The notes beneath the pieces were generated by a model that was not told the DNA's origin, searched no databases, and was given only the letters and a program-made list of their open reading frames with translations. Below are positions 8,221 to 19,335 of a stretch of 64,000 bases of DNA, one piece after another; the first letter of the stretch is position 1; each line of letters opens with the position of its first letter. The position numbers and the translations under genes were made by a program. The stretch spans positions 2,059-66,058 of the forward strand of contig JAQWRR010000018.1 of NCBI GenBank assembly GCA_029243585.1. The letters run 5' to 3'. This DNA comes from Gammaproteobacteria bacterium (lineage in GTDB: Bacteria; Pseudomonadota; Gammaproteobacteria; Steroidobacterales; Rariloculaceae).

Positions 8221-10584
8221 TTGACGTTTGAAATCGGACTTGTTCTTACCATTTTGGTTATATCGCTAGCTCTATTTGTTAGCGAAAAAATCCGTATGGA
8301 CGTTGTAGCCTTAATGGTATTAGGGGCACTAGTTCTAACTACATTAGTAACCCCTGAAGAAGCTGTAGCTGGATTCTCTAACCCCGCTGTAATAGCTGTA
8401 TGGGCAATGTTCATATTAAGTGATGGTTTGACTAGAACCGGTATTGCTAATGTGATTGGTCACACGGTTTTAAGGCTTGCAGGTAGACAAGAACGTCGCA
8501 TGATCATTGTGATTATGTTAACCGCTGGAGGCCTTTCTGCTTTTATGAACAATATTGGGGTTGCAGCATTAATGCTACCCGTAGTAATCGAAATCGCTAG
8601 ACGTACTCGAATCGCAGCTTCCCGATTACTTATGCCGTTAGCTTACGGAAGTCTACTGGGTGGTCTCACTACAATGATCGGAACACCACCAAATCTTCTA
8701 ATCAGTGGTGCACTCCAGCAAGCAGGTGAAACCACCTTCGGGTTGTTTGATTTCACGCCAATAGGTATAGCTGCCCTGGTATCTGGCACCCTCTTCATGG
8801 CTATAGCAGCTCGCTATCTACTGCCAAAGGCCAAAGAAGAAGCAACACAAAAACGAAGTCAACGTAATCTTCGCACCCTATATGGGCTGCATTCACGTGC
8901 ATTTGAAATGCGTGTACCTGAAGATTCTATTCTTGTTGGAAAAACACTCGGTCAAAGCCGAATAGGTGCAGCAGCAGGTTTGATTGTCATTGCTATAGAG
9001 CACAAAGGTAAAACCGAACTGATGCCATCACGTCAAACCGTGCTGAAAGGGGGACAAAAACTTACAGTCCAAGGAAGACTTGATCGGTTCCGAGAGTTTC
9101 AACGCTGGAGTGAGTTAGTAATTGAACGCGAAGCCCCAGTTCTTCAGGGCTTAATGGCGGGACAAGTAAAACTGGCTGAAGTTGTTGTGGCAAATAATTC
9201 GCCACTTGTTGCAAAGCTATTACATCACTCGGAGTTCCGTAAAACACATGGGGCTAATGTGCTTGCAATTCGGCGTGGCGACTTGGTTCGTCGTGTGAAT
9301 CTAGCCTATGTCCCGCTTAAACCTGGAGACATTCTGCTGCTGCAAACTAGTTCGGACACATTAGAAGAACTACAACGCTCCACTGAATTTTCTGAGTGCC
9401 ACGAGGTGAATGAAGAAGACTTAAGTGAGAAATATCGTCTACAAGAACGTATTTTTGTGGTCCGAGTACCGCGTGAATCTCAGTTAGCAGGAGACACTCT
9501 TATGCGAAGCCGAATCGGCGACGCTTTCGATTTCCGTCTGCTAGCCCTCTTTCGTGAGGGAGAGCTACGAATAATGCCAGAATCGGATCAGTCTCTCCGT
9601 AGTGGAGACCTACTGTTGATACAGGGTCGGGAAGAGGACCTAGACGTTCTTAGAGGGCTTCAAGAACTTAAGGTAGAGAGGGGCTCTCCTACGGACTTTC
9701 ATGCATTTGAATCAGATCGCCTAAGCTTGCTTGAAACCACCTTAGACCCACGCTCTACACTTGCAGGACAGCCATTATCTGAGGTTAATTTCCGTGACAA
9801 ATATGGCTTGGAATTAGTAGCTGTTTGGCGAAAAGGCGAGGCGATCCGATCAAACCTTGATCAGTTAATTCTACAGTCAGGTGATGCTCTATTAGTCCTT
9901 GGGCCAAGAGAAAAACTAAGAGTTCTAGAGAAAGACCCCGAATTTTTGATTCTGACACCAATCACTCAGAGAACTATAGATACTACCCGGGCACCACTTG
10001 CCGGCGGAATAATGCTGACGGTTGTTGGAACGGTCCTAATTGGTTGGCTTCCTATCTATATAGCAGCAATTATTGGTGGAACATTAATGGTGCTAACGCG
10101 TTGCCTAACTATGGAAGATGCCTATCGCGCGATCGACTGGCGGGCCATCTTTTTGATTGCTGGAATGCTGCCTCTAGGAACGGCTATGGAACAATCAGGA
10201 GCAGCAGAATTTTTAGCGCAGCAAACAATGAGCCTATTAGGGCCAATGGGGCCTTGGTGGGTAATAGCAGGCCTCTATCTTGTAACGGCTGCTGGGACAA
10301 TGATAATTCCAACAGCAGCGCTTGTTGTACTCATGTCTCCAATCGTTCTATCAGCTAGCGCTGATCTAGGAGTCGCACCTCAAACTGCAATGATGGCTGT
10401 AGCAATGGCTGCATCGGCTAGTTTCACAAGTCCAATATCTCATCCTGCTAATATTTTAGTTATGGGGCCTGGTGGCTACAAGTTCGCTGACTATATTAGA
10501 CTTGGCCTACCTTTAACGATTGTTGTATTCATAGCTGTGATGTTGGTACTACCTTTACTTTGGCCACTAAGCCCTGTTACTTGA
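8221..10584 (+). CDS. SLC13/DASS-type anion permease with four central RCK_C (TrkA-C) domains
   Basis: N- and C-terminal polytopic halves flank about 370 cytoplasmic residues. These contain four repeats of the RCK_C pattern (hydrophobic strand, xxGKTLxxSxI, GDxLxxxG). TTG start according to the ORF track. Confidence 0.8.
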   Translation: MTFEIGLVLTILVISLALFVSEKIRMDVVALMVLGALVLTTLVTPEEAVAGFSNPAVIAVWAMFILSDGLTRTGIANVIGHTVLRLAGRQERRMIIVIMLTAGGLSAFMNNIGVAALMLPVVIEIARRTRIAASRLLMPLAYGSLLGGLTTMIGTPPNLLISGALQQAGETTFGLFDFTPIGIAALVSGTLFMAIAARYLLPKAKEEATQKRSQRNLRTLYGLHSRAFEMRVPEDSILVGKTLGQSRIGAAAGLIVIAIEHKGKTELMPSRQTVLKGGQKLTVQGRLDRFREFQRWSELVIEREAPVLQGLMAGQVKLAEVVVANNSPLVAKLLHHSEFRKTHGANVLAIRRGDLVRRVNLAYVPLKPGDILLLQTSSDTLEELQRSTEFSECHEVNEEDLSEKYRLQERIFVVRVPRESQLAGDTLMRSRIGDAFDFRLLALFREGELRIMPESDQSLRSGDLLLIQGREEDLDVLRGLQELKVERGSPTDFHAFESDRLSLLETTLDPRSTLAGQPLSEVNFRDKYGLELVAVWRKGEAIRSNLDQLILQSGDALLVLGPREKLRVLEKDPEFLILTPITQRTIDTTRAPLAGGIMLTVVGTVLIGWLPIYIAAIIGGTLMVLTRCLTMEDAYRAIDWRAIFLIAGMLPLGTAMEQSGAAEFLAQQTMSLLGPMGPWWVIAGLYLVTAAGTMIIPTAALVVLMSPIVLSASADLGVAPQTAMMAVAMAASASFTSPISHPANILVMGPGGYKFADYIRLGLPLTIVVFIAVMLVLPLLWPLSPVT

Positions 10585-10600
10585 ATTCTGCCAACCTAAA

Positions 10601-11572
10601 CTAGGGTAACAAGACCGAAGATCCTATTGTTCGACGTGATGTTAACGCACGATGCGCATCAGCAGCATCGCAAAGATCAAAACACTGACCAGTTTTGATG
10701 TCGATATGCCCACCAAGCACCTGTTTAAATAAATCAGCACAACCCGCTTCTAGATCCTCTCTATTTTTCACATAAGTCCAAAGACCAGGCCTCGTAACAT
10801 AGAGTGAATCGCGTTTAGCAAGCTCTAATAAATTAAGTCCCTCGACAGGCCCTGATGCATTCCCAAAACTAACCAAAAGCCCCCTCGGCCTAAGACAATC
10901 TAATGATGTAATAAGGGTGTCTTTTCCTACCGGATCATAGACCACTGGAACACCCTCACCTCCTGTCAAGTTTCTCACCTTGGTCACTATGTCATCTGTT
11001 GTAAGTAATACGGTTTCGCATCCATGGTTCAGGGCTAGCTGTCTTTTTTCCTCTGTACTGACAACACCGATAACATGTGCTCCTAGTTTACGGGCCCATT
11101 GAGCAGCAATAAGTCCAACACCACCAGCTGCCGCATAGAGAAGTATCCACTCTCCAGGCTGGACAGAATATGTTTGACGTAATAGATACCAGCTTGTTAA
11201 TCCCTTAAGCATCATGCTTGCAGCAATCTCATCGCTTATGTCCTCTGGAAGCTTCACAAGCCACTTCGCAGGCATTATTCGCTCCTCAGAATAGGATCCT
11301 TGGGGGCCCATGGCATAGGCAACTCGATCCCCAGGAGCAACATGATGAACATCTGGACCAACACTGGTAACAATGCCAGAGGCCTCTGTTCCTAAACCAC
11401 TGGGTAGATCTATGGGATACAGTCCGGAACGACGGTAGGTATCAATAAAGTTAAGGCCAACTGCCTTATGGACAATCCGAGCCTCTCCAGGCCCAGGCTC
11501 TCCTAAATTAATTTCTACCCATTTTAAAACCTCAGGGCCGCCGAATTCTTTTACCTGAATTGCACGAATCAT
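10601..11572 (-). CDS. qor: NADPH:quinone oxidoreductase (zinc-independent MDR family)
   Basis: MDR-family layout with the GLNFID motif region and the nucleotide-binding AAAGGVG loop. 323 aa, typical for Qor. Confidence 0.8.
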   Translation of the reverse strand: MIRAIQVKEFGGPEVLKWVEINLGEPGPGEARIVHKAVGLNFIDTYRRSGLYPIDLPSGLGTEASGIVTSVGPDVHHVAPGDRVAYAMGPQGSYSEERIMPAKWLVKLPEDISDEIAASMMLKGLTSWYLLRQTYSVQPGEWILLYAAAGGVGLIAAQWARKLGAHVIGVVSTEEKRQLALNHGCETVLLTTDDIVTKVRNLTGGEGVPVVYDPVGKDTLITSLDCLRPRGLLVSFGNASGPVEGLNLLELAKRDSLYVTRPGLWTYVKNREDLEAGCADLFKQVLGGHIDIKTGQCFDLCDAADAHRALTSRRTIGSSVLLP

Positions 11573-11639
11573 TTCTCGCTTACCTATCTAGAAAAGTTAA
11601 GATGACTATACTCAACAAAAATTGGAAATAAATAAATCC

Positions 11640-12860
11640 ATGACAAAAAACTTTGTCATCGTTGGAGGTGGTCAAGCTGCTGCCCAAGCCATACAAACAT
11701 TACAACAAAACAAGTATGAGGGAAGCATTACACTTGTCGGGGAAGAAATTTACCCCCCCTATCAACGTCCACCACTCTCTAAAAAATATATGGCAGGCGA
11801 GCTTCAACGCGAACGCCTTTTCCTACGCCCATTAAAATTCTATGAGAGCAACAATATTGATCTTGAATTAGGTGCCCGTGCAATAGAGCTTGATCTGGGA
11901 AGCTCTCATGTAAGGCTAAATAATGATCGCCTTTTAAAATTTAATGGTCTGATGCTCGCCACCGGTAGCAAGGTACGTCGACTTAAAGTACCTGGATCAG
12001 ACCTGGACGGTATTCACTATGTTCGTACCTTAGCAGACGTGGATGAGATCTTACCTAAGTTAAAAACAGCTAAGAAACTAGTGATTATTGGCGCAGGGTA
12101 TATTGGTTTAGAAGTCGCAGCAGTTTCAATTTCATCAGGTCTAGACGTAATAGTACTAGAAGCGACAGACAGAGTAATGAAACGTACCGTATCTACTGAG
12201 GTATCTAACTTCTATTCTAGATACCATTCAAAAGCAGGAGTTAATTTAAAATATTTGACCACTGTTAGTCATTTTGAGGGGGATAAAAAAGTTACAGCAG
12301 TCGAGACCGCTGACGGACAAAAACTAGCTTGTGACTTAGTGGTAGTTGGTATTGGAATAGAACCAGAGGTTGAGCTAGCAGAAACCGCAGGTCTGCCATG
12401 CAAAGATGGAATTATCGTAGATGAATTTGCCTGTACGGAGGGCCAAAATATCTTTGCCGCTGGAGACTGCACAAATCATCCAAACCAATTGCTCAGCAAA
12501 AGAATCCGACTCGAGTCGGTTCAAAATGCAATTGATCAAGCAAAAGCAGGTATACAAACTTTTCTTGGTGAAAAGACACCATATAAAACAGTTCCATGGT
12601 TTTGGTCAGACCAATATGATCTAAAACTTCAGATTGCCGGGTTATCGGAAGGTTATGATCAGATTCTTGTGAGAGGCAGTCCTAAGAAAGCCCCTTTTGC
12701 CGTTTTTTACATACGTGCCGGTCGGGTCGTTACGGTTGAAGCGGTAAATTTACCTCAGGCATTTATGATTGGTAAACGACTGATCTCGACTGGCATCAAG
12801 GTAGAGCGTAAAAAACTAATAGATTTAGATTTTGATTTAAAGGACCTTATTAAAATTTAG
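11640..12860 (+). CDS. FAD-dependent pyridine nucleotide-disulfide oxidoreductase (ferredoxin/rubredoxin-NAD+ reductase-like)
   Basis: FAD-binding VIVGGGQAA, NAD-binding VIIGAGYIGLE, and AAGDC near the second FAD contact. I prefer ATG 11640 over the upstream TTG at 11622. Confidence 0.8.
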   Translation: MTKNFVIVGGGQAAAQAIQTLQQNKYEGSITLVGEEIYPPYQRPPLSKKYMAGELQRERLFLRPLKFYESNNIDLELGARAIELDLGSSHVRLNNDRLLKFNGLMLATGSKVRRLKVPGSDLDGIHYVRTLADVDEILPKLKTAKKLVIIGAGYIGLEVAAVSISSGLDVIVLEATDRVMKRTVSTEVSNFYSRYHSKAGVNLKYLTTVSHFEGDKKVTAVETADGQKLACDLVVVGIGIEPEVELAETAGLPCKDGIIVDEFACTEGQNIFAAGDCTNHPNQLLSKRIRLESVQNAIDQAKAGIQTFLGEKTPYKTVPWFWSDQYDLKLQIAGLSEGYDQILVRGSPKKAPFAVFYIRAGRVVTVEAVNLPQAFMIGKRLISTGIKVERKKLIDLDFDLKDLIKI

Positions 12861-12898
12861 CGCTATACCAGAATAAGCGTTCTAACCTGGACTTCTAT

Positions 12899-14467
12899 CT
12901 ACTGAAAATAATCCTCAAGATAATCTCCAAATGACTGCTTGGTTTGTTTCTCTAACTGTTGCTGCTCTGTTAATGATACTTTTGTAAGCTGGGTGAATAG
13001 CTCTTGTTTTTTGTCATTCAGAGGCAAATCTGAAAAGTATTGCTCGTGGGCCTTTGAGCATTCCAAAGTAAAATCTATAAAACTTGCTCCTGTTTCCATC
13101 ATATGAGCAAGTATCCGTGCTGATGGCGTAAGTTCTGGGTCCTTAATAGCAGAAACCCCAGAATCCACAGCTTTTAAATAGTCCTCTGCTCCTGTATCTA
13201 ATATTGCAGCAACACTGCGAATTGGTTCCAAAGTTTCCATTGCCCAGGATTCAAATGACACTTCTCTGCCATTTCGCGGTAACTTCAACCCCTTACGACG
13301 TCCCTCCTGAGCAACTAGCATATCCCTCATATCAATCTCCGCTTGTTCTTTCGGAGTGATTGGAGGACTCTCAGTAAGTAAGCAGTAGATTAAGAATGCT
13401 TCCATAAAACAAAGCTGTCTCTCATTAACACCAACTGGATCCATCATGCTCAAATCCAAAGTTCTTACCTCTAGATACTCAACCCCAGACTTTTTAAGTG
13501 CCAATATGGGGCGGTTGGTTTTATCAGCTAATGGTTTTGGGCGTATGGAACTGTAGTACTCATTTTCGATTTGTAAGGTGTTTGTATTCAATTGTCTATG
13601 CTGACCATCCACAAGCACACCAATTTCTTTATATTTTGAATTGGGCGTTGTCACTGCTGCTCCAAGACCAGAAACATACTCGTCCAGTGAATTTGCAGAG
13701 ATCCCAAGTGATGCTTGTGATTTGTTTCTATACCCTATTCCACTCATCCTAAGCGATGTGCTAAATGGTCCATACCAAGTCGTAGAATCTAACTCTTCTA
13801 TAACTGGGTTAGGCCTTTTCAAAAAGGACTTGCTAAGTGCGGGCGAAGCTCCATACAGATAGATCAACAGCCATGCAAAACGACGGAAATTTCTGATGAG
13901 ACCCATGTATTGACTAGAAATGAACTCCTTTAGCTCTTGGCTGCTTTGCTCACGATCGATATAGGGCTTCCAAAACTCAACTGGGAGAGAATAATTGAAG
14001 TGTATCCCCGAGATAGCCTGCATTTTTTTTCCATACCTATGCCCTAGACCGTTCCGATACACTGTCTTGAGCATTCCTTGGTTAGATGTTCCATAGTCTG
14101 CAACAGGAATCTCCAATTCAGGCGGCATCAGACATGGCATGCTCTGAGCCCAAAGCAACTCACACTGCATGTTTTGCATTACAAAAGCATGCAAATCACT
14201 TAGAAAGTCTACAGTCTCACTATTGGTGGGTGAGGGGGGGGTTACAAACTCTAGCATTGCCTCAGAGTAATCGGTTGTCAGATAGGGGTGAGTCAATGCA
14301 GAGCCAAGGCCTTCTGGGTGAGACCAACGAGAAAGATACCCTTTACGGTCCACCCGAAGACTCTCTTTCTCAAGACCACGCAAACCCCGCTGAAGCAACT
14401 CAGCATTACCTAGGTTAGACAACCACCTCAGTCGCAAATTAAACAAGCAATTCCCCATGTGTATCAA
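12899..14467 (-). CDS. gshA: Glutamate-cysteine ligase
   Basis: Collinear with remembered E. coli GshA (RGLEKESLRV..., HPEGLGSALTHPYLTTDYSEAMLEFVTPP). About 520 aa. Confidence 0.9.
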   Translation of the reverse strand: MIHMGNCLFNLRLRWLSNLGNAELLQRGLRGLEKESLRVDRKGYLSRWSHPEGLGSALTHPYLTTDYSEAMLEFVTPPSPTNSETVDFLSDLHAFVMQNMQCELLWAQSMPCLMPPELEIPVADYGTSNQGMLKTVYRNGLGHRYGKKMQAISGIHFNYSLPVEFWKPYIDREQSSQELKEFISSQYMGLIRNFRRFAWLLIYLYGASPALSKSFLKRPNPVIEELDSTTWYGPFSTSLRMSGIGYRNKSQASLGISANSLDEYVSGLGAAVTTPNSKYKEIGVLVDGQHRQLNTNTLQIENEYYSSIRPKPLADKTNRPILALKKSGVEYLEVRTLDLSMMDPVGVNERQLCFMEAFLIYCLLTESPPITPKEQAEIDMRDMLVAQEGRRKGLKLPRNGREVSFESWAMETLEPIRSVAAILDTGAEDYLKAVDSGVSAIKDPELTPSARILAHMMETGASFIDFTLECSKAHEQYFSDLPLNDKKQELFTQLTKVSLTEQQQLEKQTKQSFGDYLEDYFQ

Positions 14468-14580
14468 ACTATTTTACAGTCTAACCAACAGGTCTCTAAT
14501 ACGCAGGGACTTCATTTGGTGTCATCACAATGCTTAAGGTATAGTTCGCTACATCAAGTTAGTGAGATTAAGGTAAGCAT

Positions 14581-14925
14581 ATGAATGTCCTGCGGTTTCT
14601 TATCCCTCTTTTTATTGTCAGCTCAGTCGCGTCTGCTCAAGATTGTGATTATCCACCCTTGGTATCAATTCCAGCTGGCGCAGACTCCACCATGGATGAT
14701 CTATTGGCAGCCCAAGGGTCTATACGAGAATACATGGCATCCATGAACGAGTACTTGGACTGCGTTAATGATGAATTAACTGCTGCGGGAGATGATGCCC
14801 CGGCAGAATATAAAACTATTATGCTTAGCAGACACAATGCAGCTGTTGCCGAAATGGAGACTGTTGCAGAGGACTTTAATATAGAAGTTCAAGCATATAG
14901 AGAGGCTAATCCAGAAGGAGGCTAA
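14581..14925 (+). CDS. Small secreted/periplasmic hypothetical protein
   Basis: Clear signal peptide (LFIVSSVASAQ), two Cys residues, and a helical acidic mature part. I recognise no family. Confidence 0.5.
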   Translation: MNVLRFLIPLFIVSSVASAQDCDYPPLVSIPAGADSTMDDLLAAQGSIREYMASMNEYLDCVNDELTAAGDDAPAEYKTIMLSRHNAAVAEMETVAEDFNIEVQAYREANPEGG

Positions 14926-15129
14926 TATTCCCTGATCGTCTTATCAGCCTTTGACAGCCGGAGTTTTTGTAGAGCAATTCAAGAATTCATCTTATCTATG
15001 TAATTTTTTGCATAAGATATTTTATGAGTGCCTACTAAAGGCTCTGACTGAACTTCAACCCGTGCTAAAATCCCTGGCCCTGTATATATATTGGGTCCTT
15101 ATGACCCACAGCGGAGCATGTAAACCACT

Positions 15130-16128
15130 ATGACAGATTTAGCAGCTAAACCAACCCCAGTACGAGTTGCCATCACCGGTGCTGCGGGACAGATAGGTTA
15201 TCAACTAGCCTTCAGAATAGCCTCTGGTCAATTACTTGGACCAGATCAGCCAGTTATTCTCCAACTCCTTGAGATACCTCCTGCTATGGATGCATTAAAA
15301 GGTGTAGCTATGGAGTTAGATGATTGTGCTTTCGACACACTTGATTCAATAATCATTACTGATCAAGGCCAAAAAGGCTTTGAAAATACAGATTACGCTT
15401 TATTGGTAGGTGCTAGGCCTCGCAGTGCAGATATGGAGCGTAAAGATTTATTGGTAGCAAATGCTCAAATCTTTTCAGCACAGGGTAAAGCACTAAATGA
15501 AGTTGCGAACCGTAATGTAAAAGTATTAGTAGTAGGGAACCCAGCCAATACTAATGCGTTGATAGCTCGCTCAAATGCTCCTGATCTTGACCCTAAAAAC
15601 TTCACTGCTATGACACGCTTAGACCATAATCGAGCAAAAGCGCAACTTGCAGACAAGTGTGATGCTCATGTATCAGAAGTGCGAGGAATGATAATCTGGG
15701 GAAACCATTCAGCTACTCAGTATCCGGACATCGCACATTCAACGGTTTCAGGATCGCCAGCCCCTGATCAGGTCTCTCTCGATTGGTATCGAGAAACCTT
15801 TATTCCTACAGTACAACAACGGGGCACGGCCATTATTAATGCACGTGGAGCCTCTTCCGCTGCCTCAGCTGCTTCTGCGGCAATTGATCACGTGAGGGAT
15901 TGGGCTATTGGTACTGTTGGAGATGATTGGGTTAGCATGGCCGTAGCTTCTGACGGAAGTTATGGCATTAAGGATGGTGTTGTCTACTCCTACCCTGTTA
16001 AATGCGGCGGAGATGGAACCTATCAAATCGTTCAAGGGTTAGATATAGATGACTTCAGCCGTGAAAAAATGGATTCTACAGATGACGAGTTACGAGCAGA
16101 ACGTGAGAATGTAGAGGAGCTTTTGTAA
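15130..16128 (+). CDS. mdh: Malate dehydrogenase (LDH-like MDH, long-type)
   Basis: [14 protein letters not shown] dinucleotide fold, substrate Arg region GARPR, and the catalytic IWGNHS motif. Confidence 0.95.
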   Translation: MTDLAAKPTPVRVAITGAAGQIGYQLAFRIASGQLLGPDQPVILQLLEIPPAMDALKGVAMELDDCAFDTLDSIIITDQGQKGFENTDYALLVGARPRSADMERKDLLVANAQIFSAQGKALNEVANRNVKVLVVGNPANTNALIARSNAPDLDPKNFTAMTRLDHNRAKAQLADKCDAHVSEVRGMIIWGNHSATQYPDIAHSTVSGSPAPDQVSLDWYRETFIPTVQQRGTAIINARGASSAASAASAAIDHVRDWAIGTVGDDWVSMAVASDGSYGIKDGVVYSYPVKCGGDGTYQIVQGLDIDDFSREKMDSTDDELRAERENVEELL

Positions 16129-16154
16129 ATCTACTTCATGAATGAGATTTACTA

Positions 16155-18641
16155 ATGGAAGTATTATTCTGGCTAATCACAATTCTATTTGCTTCTCTGG
16201 CGCTTGCTTATAAAAGAGTCAATCTGAAAACATCAACAGCCGTTCTTGGCGTTGTTTTAGTTGCCTATACTGTCTTATCTGATAGCTTCACTCTGCTGAA
16301 TATCATTCTATGGCCTGTATTTTTTGCGCTGGCATTATTAAATGTTCAGTCTCTCCGACGTGAACATATCAGCACAAAAATTCTGGAATTATTTAGCAGT
16401 ATGCTGCCTACAATTTCAAAAACAGAGCGTGATGCTCTGGAAGCAGGTAACGTATGGTGGGAGGGCGAGCTTTTTTCTGGTTTTCCCAATTGGGAAAAAC
16501 TTAATGAACTGCCAGCCGCAAAATTAACAGATGAAGAACAAGCCTTTCTAGATGGCCCCACTGAGGAACTTTGCAGTCTCCTGAAAGAATGGGAGATTAC
16601 TCACAAGCTATTAGATATGCCCGAAAACGTATGGGCTTTTATCAAAAAGAATGGGTTCTTCTCAATGTTAATCCCAAAAGAGTATGGAGGACTTGAGTTT
16701 TCCCCGGTCGGGATCTCGATGGTCTTAACAAAAATCGCGTCTAGAAGCGCTACTGCAGCTTCCACTATTGGCGTACCTAATTCTCTTGGCCCAGCTGAAC
16801 TTTTACTTCATTACGGCACAGATAAACAAAAAAAATACTGGCTTCCCAAACTTGCAAGGGCAGAGGAAATTCCATGCTTTGCATTAACCTCAACACGTGC
16901 TGGCTCGGACGCGACAGGAATAACAGATAGTGGAGTAATTTGCCGAGGACAGTATGAAGGTAAGGAGGTCATCGGAATCCGGCTGAATTGGGATAAACGC
17001 TATATCACGCTTGCACCAATAGCGACGGTACTCGGTCTTGCTTTCAAGCTATACGATCCAGATCACCTCATCGGAGAACAGGAAGAATACGGAATCACCG
17101 CGGCCTTGATTCCAACAAATCTGCCCGGGATCAATATAGGTCGTCGTCACTTCCCAATCAACATACCCTTTCAGAATGGTCCAACCCAGGGCAAGGACGT
17201 TTTTGTGCCTCTTGATAACCTCATAGGAGGTCCAAAAATGGCGGGAGAAGGGTGGCGAATGCTGGTTGAACAACTATCTGCTGGACGCGGTATTGTTCTT
17301 CCAAGTAATGCCCTTGGTAATGCTATGTCGGGTATATATGCAGCTGGAGCCTACGCCAGAATACGTCAGCAGTTTAATCTTCCCATAGGAAAGTTTCATG
17401 GTGTGGGAGAAGTCCTCGGCCGAATGGCAGGGTACACCTACATAATGACAGCTGCATCCCGCGTAACCTGTGCTGCACTAAATGCAGGTGAAAGACCGGC
17501 AGTGCCAACTGCAATTCTTAAGTACCACAATACTGAGATGGGCCGTATTGTCGCAAATGATGCAATGGACATTCACGGCGGTAAGGGCATTATGTTGGGG
17601 CCTAAAAACTACCTAGCTAGGGATTATGAATCCATTCCCATCGCAATTACTGTCGAGGGAGCAAATATTTTAACTCGTAATCTGATTATATTTGGACAAG
17701 GTGCAACTCGTTGCCATCCATTTGTTTTAGAAGAAATCGAAGCAGCCAATGATGATGACACTGATGCTGGCTTAGAAAGATTTGATAGCCTTATTTTTGC
17801 TCACCTAGGACACATAATCTCCAATGCGGTTAGATCTTTTGTGATGGCTTTGACCCACTCTCGTTTTACGAGTGCTCCAGTTAAGGGTCCGACTCGACGT
17901 TATTATCAGCATATCAATCGCTATAGCGCATCCTTCGCACTTGCTGCTGATGCGGCAATGATGACTCTTGGTGGATCACTAAAAAGGAAAGAGCTCATCT
18001 CTGCGCGTCTAGGTGATGTTCTCAGCTATCTATACCTTGCGTCGATGGTTCTAAAACACTATCAGGATCAAGGGAGGCCCACAGCTGACCTCCCAATAAT
18101 TGAATGGAGTTGCCGCAATCTGCTTTATCGCGCACAAGAACAGCTTCACGGGCTTCTCTGTAACTTCCCTAATCCTTGGGTAGCTCGCATATTGAGAGTA
18201 TTGGTTTTCCCCAGAGGTAGAACTTACTCTTCTCCCTCCGACGAGCTGGGCCAGGAAATTGCAGAACTCGTCATGAAACCAACAAGTACTCGTAAACGTC
18301 TTTGCCATTGCATCTATGAAAAAGTAGAGCCTAGCAATTATCCAGTATTGCTGCAGGAAGCTCTAGAACTAGCGGAACAAGTTAAATCTGCTGAGCGTAA
18401 AGTCTCTAATGCTCACCGAGCAGGTCAAATAGAATCAAAATCCTTATATGAACAGATTAATGAGGCCAAAGAACGTAGCATCCTTACCGAATCAGAAGCG
18501 AGTCAGCTTCATGAGTTTGATGCCAAAGTAATGGATCTACTTGCCGTTGATGATTTCCTCCCTTCCGACCTTGTTTATAAGTCAACTACTACGACAAAGA
18601 AAAAAAGGGTATCTACAAAAAAGAAAATAAAAAATTATTAG
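16155..18641 (+). CDS. fadE: Long-type acyl-CoA dehydrogenase (FadE-like)
   Basis: 828 aa with N-terminal membrane segments, an ACAD core (TSTRAGSDA..., EGANILTRNLIIFGQG) and the FadE-type C-terminal domain. Lys-rich tail. Confidence 0.85.
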   Translation: MEVLFWLITILFASLALAYKRVNLKTSTAVLGVVLVAYTVLSDSFTLLNIILWPVFFALALLNVQSLRREHISTKILELFSSMLPTISKTERDALEAGNVWWEGELFSGFPNWEKLNELPAAKLTDEEQAFLDGPTEELCSLLKEWEITHKLLDMPENVWAFIKKNGFFSMLIPKEYGGLEFSPVGISMVLTKIASRSATAASTIGVPNSLGPAELLLHYGTDKQKKYWLPKLARAEEIPCFALTSTRAGSDATGITDSGVICRGQYEGKEVIGIRLNWDKRYITLAPIATVLGLAFKLYDPDHLIGEQEEYGITAALIPTNLPGINIGRRHFPINIPFQNGPTQGKDVFVPLDNLIGGPKMAGEGWRMLVEQLSAGRGIVLPSNALGNAMSGIYAAGAYARIRQQFNLPIGKFHGVGEVLGRMAGYTYIMTAASRVTCAALNAGERPAVPTAILKYHNTEMGRIVANDAMDIHGGKGIMLGPKNYLARDYESIPIAITVEGANILTRNLIIFGQGATRCHPFVLEEIEAANDDDTDAGLERFDSLIFAHLGHIISNAVRSFVMALTHSRFTSAPVKGPTRRYYQHINRYSASFALAADAAMMTLGGSLKRKELISARLGDVLSYLYLASMVLKHYQDQGRPTADLPIIEWSCRNLLYRAQEQLHGLLCNFPNPWVARILRVLVFPRGRTYSSPSDELGQEIAELVMKPTSTRKRLCHCIYEKVEPSNYPVLLQEALELAEQVKSAERKVSNAHRAGQIESKSLYEQINEAKERSILTESEASQLHEFDAKVMDLLAVDDFLPSDLVYKSTTTTKKKRVSTKKKIKNY

Positions 18642-18774
18642 GATAGAGGCTATAGTACTAATGGCCTATAACGATAAATAGACTAGATTTTTCTATAGAA
18701 ACAAATGTCTGTGCTACATTAAATTATGTAGCTCTTGAAACTAGAATACCGAGCAAGTTTAGAGGAACAACCAA

Positions 18775-19272
18775 ATGCATATTCGAACTATTATTATTTT
18801 GACAGGTAGTATCTTGCTACTTGCATGTGGGCGCCAATCACCTGAGACGCCAACCACTACACCAGAACCTCAACCAACAACCTCAGTAGCATCAGAACAA
18901 CCAGCAGCTATGCCCCGTAATCCATCACCAGACGGTGCTATGGTCTACATAATTTCTCCTAGTAACGGTGCTGAAGTTACAAGTCCAGTCAACATTCTAT
19001 TTGGGCTAGAGGGCGCAGGTATTGCACCTGCAGGTACTGATAGACCAAATACAGGACATCACCATCTGCTTGTAGATACTGAACTTGTCAATCTAAATAT
19101 GCCTGTACCAGCAGATGAGCAAAATATTCATTTTGGTGGAGGTCAAACTGAGACAATTATTGAGCTATCACCAGGCCAACATACCTTGCAACTCGTCTTG
19201 GGCGATTATCTACATATTCCACACGATCCGCCTCTTCTTTCTGAACCAGTTACCATTATGGTTACGGAGTAA
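18775..19272 (+). CDS. Lipoprotein, DUF4399-like
   Basis: Lipobox LLLAC, a Pro/Thr-rich linker, and the GHHHLLVD motif that I associate with DUF4399. The family call is from memory. Confidence 0.55.
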   Translation: MHIRTIIILTGSILLLACGRQSPETPTTTPEPQPTTSVASEQPAAMPRNPSPDGAMVYIISPSNGAEVTSPVNILFGLEGAGIAPAGTDRPNTGHHHLLVDTELVNLNMPVPADEQNIHFGGGQTETIIELSPGQHTLQLVLGDYLHIPHDPPLLSEPVTIMVTE

Positions 19273-19335
19273 TAGAAAGCTAAGCGGCTAAAGTGTGAAT
19301 AATTAAACGGTAATAGACCCTCAGGAGCGCCATAA

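Noticed and set aside
14951-15133. 60-aa ORF in the region upstream of mdh
   Set aside because: It has no ribosome-binding context or recognisable motif, and it overlaps the mdh start. This is more likely the mdh promoter and leader region.
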